DNA of 63,187 bases, filler included, from Chiloscyllium plagiosum (Eukaryota): assembly GCF_004010195.1 (NCBI RefSeq). It is 5 parts of one record of this genome, joined end to end, with 100 filler letters (N's around TTAATTAATTAA, not from the genome) between each part and the next. Parts side by side here need not be neighbours in the genome. Positions count along the whole stretch, not along the records: positions 57,574 to 63,187 come from NC_057714.1; 4 more parts are not named here. One strand, given 5' to 3'. This document shows positions 59,315 through 63,187 of this stretch, piece by piece. Position 1 is the first letter of the stretch. The number at the start of each line of letters is the position of its first letter. Made by a program: the position numbers and the translations under genes. The notes below the pieces were generated by a model, which saw nothing but the letters and a program-made list of their open reading frames with translations, did not search any database and was not told the origin of the DNA.

Positions 59315-60576
59315 TCCGATGTGCGACAGCAAGGAACCGTAATGACCTCCTCAGGAGACAGACATGTGCTGCAATCGACAGGTTACCCTTCGTTGTTCAG
59401 TTTTTCCCAGGGGCTGAAAAATTACGCCATGTTCTTTGTGACCTGTAACACATTATCAATGAGGATGAGCACCTCACCAAGACCTTCCCCACACCTCCAC
59501 TACTTGCCTTTATACAACCGCCAAACCTCAAACAGATCATTGTTCATAGCAAACTGCCCGGCTCTCAGGACAACTCCATACAACCCTGTCACGGTGGACG
59601 CTGCAAGACATGTCAGATTGTGGACATAGATACCACTATTACGCATGGGGACACCTCCCACCTTGTACATGGCAAGTACTCATGTGACTCAGCCAACGTT
59701 GTCTATCTTATACGTTGCAGGCAAGGATGCCCGGAGGCATGGTACATACACACACACAGATACTCCTACACGCGCACACTCTCACGCACACAAAGGCACT
59801 CCTATACACACATACACACGGACACACATACACACAGACACGCACACAGACACCCATACACACCCTTACANNNNNNNNNNNNNNNNNNNNNNNNNNNNNN
59901 NNNNNNNNNNNNNNNNNNNNNNNNNNNNNNNNNNNNNNNNNNNNNNNNNNNNNNNNNNNNNNNNNNNNNNNNNNNNNNNNNNNNNNNNNNNNNNNNNNNN
60001 NNNNNNTTCTCACACTCACAACCCCCAACCCAGACAGACACACACAGACAGAAAGACAAAGACCCACATGCACACATATATTTTGTGGGGTGAATTTGTA
60101 CTTGCAGGATTACATTGTACTTTGCTCAAAAACTGCACGCGTTCATGTAGAACTTTGTTATCTCACTTTTTAGATTAGAATCAATCTTGACATCATGGCA
60201 TAGACAGAGAACACAGGGGGCCACACCTTCAACATATTGTCTAGCTATCACCATTGTTAACAGCTAACCTGAGAATGCAACTTTTTTTAAAAAAAGGTTT
60301 TGTGATTTACACATGAGAGAAGTGAAACTATCATGGTATTCTAACAGATGAAAGGCTTAACAGACAATCAATTTTTCAATGTATAATTTCAGTTACATCA
60401 CACTGTAAATTTTTGCTATAAATTCTGTGTTACAATCAAGCCCTCCACTACCACCTGATGAAGGAGCGACGCTCCGAAAGCTAGTGTGCTTCCAATTAAA
60501 CCTGTTGGACTATAACCTGGTGTTGTGTGATTTTTAACTTTGTTACCCCCAGTCCAACACTGGCATCTCCAAATCA
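59315..60576 (+). mobile_element. PLE (family 1) 3' portion with 13-bp TSD; coding part, CA-rich tract, terminal hammerhead
   Basis: RLPFVVQFFPGAEKLRHVL...PPNLKQIIVHSKLP...CHGGRCKTCQ...[36 protein letters not shown] at 59302-59314 and 60577-60589. Contains a 136-N gap. Confidence 0.9.
60452..60486 (+). ncRNA. Minimal type-I hammerhead ribozyme motif (PLE family 1)
   Basis: CAC-CTGATGA-A-GGAGC-GAC-GCTCC-GAA-AGCT-A-GTG. Confidence 0.72.
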
Positions 60577-62169
60577 TAAAATTAGAAAGGTTTCCACTTA
60601 ATGAACATGGATAAGAGCAGACTATGTGATCCCATGACTTTTATGTTGAGAGTATGGGGCATTAGTTGTTTTACTTGATTCGCCAATGAACCAAATCTAC
60701 AACAAAAAGAACTAGGAGCAAAGTTTGAGGCAAGGTTCAAATGCATCAGTTATCTGCCCCATTGACACCTGAGCAGCATATTGTGCCTTTGGAGATAAGC
60801 CATTGGTAAGGATGTCACACCTGCACTTTATCTCTACTACTGGTCACCCTTTGGAAACCCGATAGTCTCAGGACAATCCATGCTTTTTGAAATAGGTCAC
60901 TTTCTGGGTAGAGGGAAAGCTACAGCATAGAAGAAGCAATTGGCACCTCTGCACCAAGCCACAATTTAAAAGAGAAGTGGTCTGTTTGTCGTCGTCCTGA
61001 TCTGCGTTATACATTTCCCATCTCAGAATACAAGCTACTCCAAGAGCCATTGCTCTGTGGAACAGCTCGGCATGTTGCATGAGTTCAGCTGCAGGTCAGA
61101 CTGACTGGAAGAAGTTGCATTTGACCATACATACGTCAGTTGAATAGCTCTGTGGACTTTCTTGGCAAAGACCTGTTTGGCAGGAAATAGGAAACTGAGC
61201 AACCTGGAGAGTATTTAATAGTGGATAAAGCACAGAGATGTCATTTGACATTATGCTCAGAAAATAGCAACAGATGAAGGAGGATTAATAGTGGAGCCAT
61301 TTAGTTGCAAGAATTGACAAAGCTGTTGACTGAACCAGGAAGAAGTATGAAACATTTGAATCCTCAAAGTATTTAAAAGAATGGGATATTAAAACTGCAT
61401 CAACTAAGGTCAAGACCTGATATTCAGCTCGTACAGTGAAAAGGACTGGAGGTGATTCTTAAAAAGGTAAAGCTTAAACGGATCGAAAGTATAGTGAAAT
61501 TTCAAGGAGATAATAGGAAGAACTGGATGATAATGGAAATGAAGATGGATTGGAATGGAAGAAGGAATGGGCCAAGGGGAGCCCCTCTATTGATCAAAAT
61601 TATTTGGAAATTAACTGTTTATCCACACTTCATTATATGGTATCAAAATAAAATATCACGAGACACCTTGTGGGAGGATTAACAAACAAAATTTGGCATC
61701 AAACCATTTAAGGATCTATTTGGATGGAATATCAAAGGCCTCAGTAAGGATTGCTTTAAAAAAGAGGGAAAAAGGTGGAGAGGTTTGAGAAGGGAACTCT
61801 TGGGTTTAGGGCTTAAGGCACTGAATACTCAGCTGCTCATGGAGAAGTAATCAAAATTGGGAATGTGGCGGAATTCAGAACTGGAGAAACATAGAAATCT
61901 TGGAAGGGTGTAAGGCTGGAGGTGGCCACAGACTTGGAGAAGGGTGAAGACATGAAGGCATTTGAAAACCAAAGTAAGAACTTTTAAAATCAATGTGCTG
62001 ATGGACTCAGAGCTAACGTCAGTCATCAATAACAAGGGTGATGAGTAAAGAGGACCCGATGTGAGATAGTTTGGGTGGAAGAATTAGGCATGATTCTAAA
62101 CTTTATCATTCAGAACATGTGTTGCAATGTACAGTGAATCAAATGACACTGACATTACCAACATTTTTA

Positions 62170-62757
62170 AAGTCAAAAAGTGTGGTGCTTTCAGGCAGCA
62201 TCCAAGGTGCAGGAGAGTTAACATTTCGAGCATGGGTTCTTCATCAGGAATGTGGGGGAGGCCCAAGGGGGCTAAGAGATAAATGGGATGGGGTGGGTCT
62301 TAGGAGAAAGGTAGCTGGGAATGCAATAGCTAGATGGAGGTGGGGGCTGATGGTGATAGGTCGGAGTGGAAGGTGGAGCAGATAGGTGGGAAAGAAGATG
62401 GACAAATAGGACAGTTCAAGACGGCAGTGCCGAGTTGGATATGGAATAAAGGTGCAAGGAGAGATATTGAAGAAACTAGTGAAATCAACATTGATCCTGT
62501 GTGGTTGGAGGGTCCCAAGGTGAAAGATGAGGCGTTCTTCCTCCAGGTGTTAGGTGGCTAGGGTATGGAGGTGGAGGAGGCCCAGGACTTGCATGTCCTT
62601 GGCGGAGTGGGAGGGGAGTTAAAGTGTTCGGCCTCAGGGCTGTGGGGTTGTTTCGTGTATGTGTGTCCCGAAGATGTTCTCCGAAACATTCCCCAAGTTG
62701 GTATCCTGTCTCCCCAGTGTAGAGGAAACCACATCAAGAGCAATGCTCACCGTAGAT
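62170..62757 (-). mobile_element. PLE 3' fragment (GIY-YIG end + terminus), same family as 17264-18424
   Basis: Colinear with 17300-17880. EAEHFNSP and IGETG-like frames. Confidence 0.85.
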
Positions 62758-63083
62758 GCTCATTTATAGAGATGTATAAGATCAATAAAGTGGGGATACT
62801 CAGTGATAATTGCAGTGTTCAATGCTATTCACAGCTCCTCAGGCAAAGTAGTCTGAGTTCATAGTCTGTAAGCCCTGGCCAAAGTACAGCCTCAGGTTAA
62901 TAAATTTCAAGTAAATCTTTCTCACAAAAGTTTCCAAAGAAGAAAACCTAAAGGCCTTGACATTCAACGCCATTACCTTACTCTAGTATGGACTAGCCAT
63001 ATTAATGCCATAGCAGTGAAAGCTAGAAGTTTTGTGATGATTAACTCACCACCTAATTCCCCAAAACCTGTCAACAGTTTACA

Positions 63084-63187
63084 AGTGGGTGGCACGGTGG
63101 CACAGTGGTTAGCACTGCTGCCTCACAGCGCCAGAGACCCGGGTTCAATTCCCGCCTCAGGCGACTGACTGTGTGGAGTTTGCACGT
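63084..63187 (+). mobile_element. HE1-type SINE 5' part (cut by window end)
   Basis: gtgggtggcacggtggcacagtggttagcactgctgcctcacagcgccagagacccgggttcaattccc. Confidence 0.93.

Larger units (their letters stand above)
31884..63187 (+). other. FBXL7: FBXL7 intron 1 (partial; continues beyond the window)
   Basis: Starts at the GTAAGT donor. No sequence encoding GKGSSSISSDVSSSTDHT-like exon 2 was recognised downstream. Continuity across the gaps depends on correct scaffolding. Confidence 0.7.

Noticed and set aside
59620..60178. His/Thr-rich and Cys/Val-rich ORFs
   Set aside because: Translations of a CA-rich microsatellite and an N gap inside a PLE.
31890..63187. Search for FBXL7 exon 2 (GKGSSSISSDVSSSTDHT-like)
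   Set aside because: Not found by eye. It probably lies beyond the window or possibly in a gap.

Overview
Vertebrate genomic DNA, almost certainly from a shark or other elasmobranch: it is full of HE1-type tRNA-derived SINEs and their partner HER1/CR1 LINEs. The only host protein-coding sequence I can support is the 37-nt first coding exon of FBXL7 (31847-31883, +; MGANNGKQCGSE-G followed by a GTAAGT donor). It sits in a CpG-rich promoter region at about 30.7-32.3 kb and is too short for the ORF track. Sequence to its right is inferred to be FBXL7 intron 1 (I did not find exon 2), and sequence to its left is upstream/intergenic. The rest is a nested transposon mosaic: a young L1 5' end, many CR1 fragments, fossil RTE, Gypsy and Harbinger elements, a Tx1-like 3' fragment and numerous Penelope-like element (PLE) pieces. 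There is also an 8.9-kb, 33-bp-unit satellite bounded by assembly gaps. The most interesting signals are (i) two families of PLE termini carrying minimal hammerhead-ribozyme motifs, (ii) 200-600 bp fold-back mini-elements built from those termini, most of them flanked by 11-15 bp target-site duplications (TSDs), and (iii) the intronic satellite, which shows higher-order repeats, same-orientation retroposon insertions and splice-acceptor-like monomers. All family assignments come from motif recognition by eye and no database search was run. Boundaries of old elements are approximate. I see no evidence for a novel multi-gene system.
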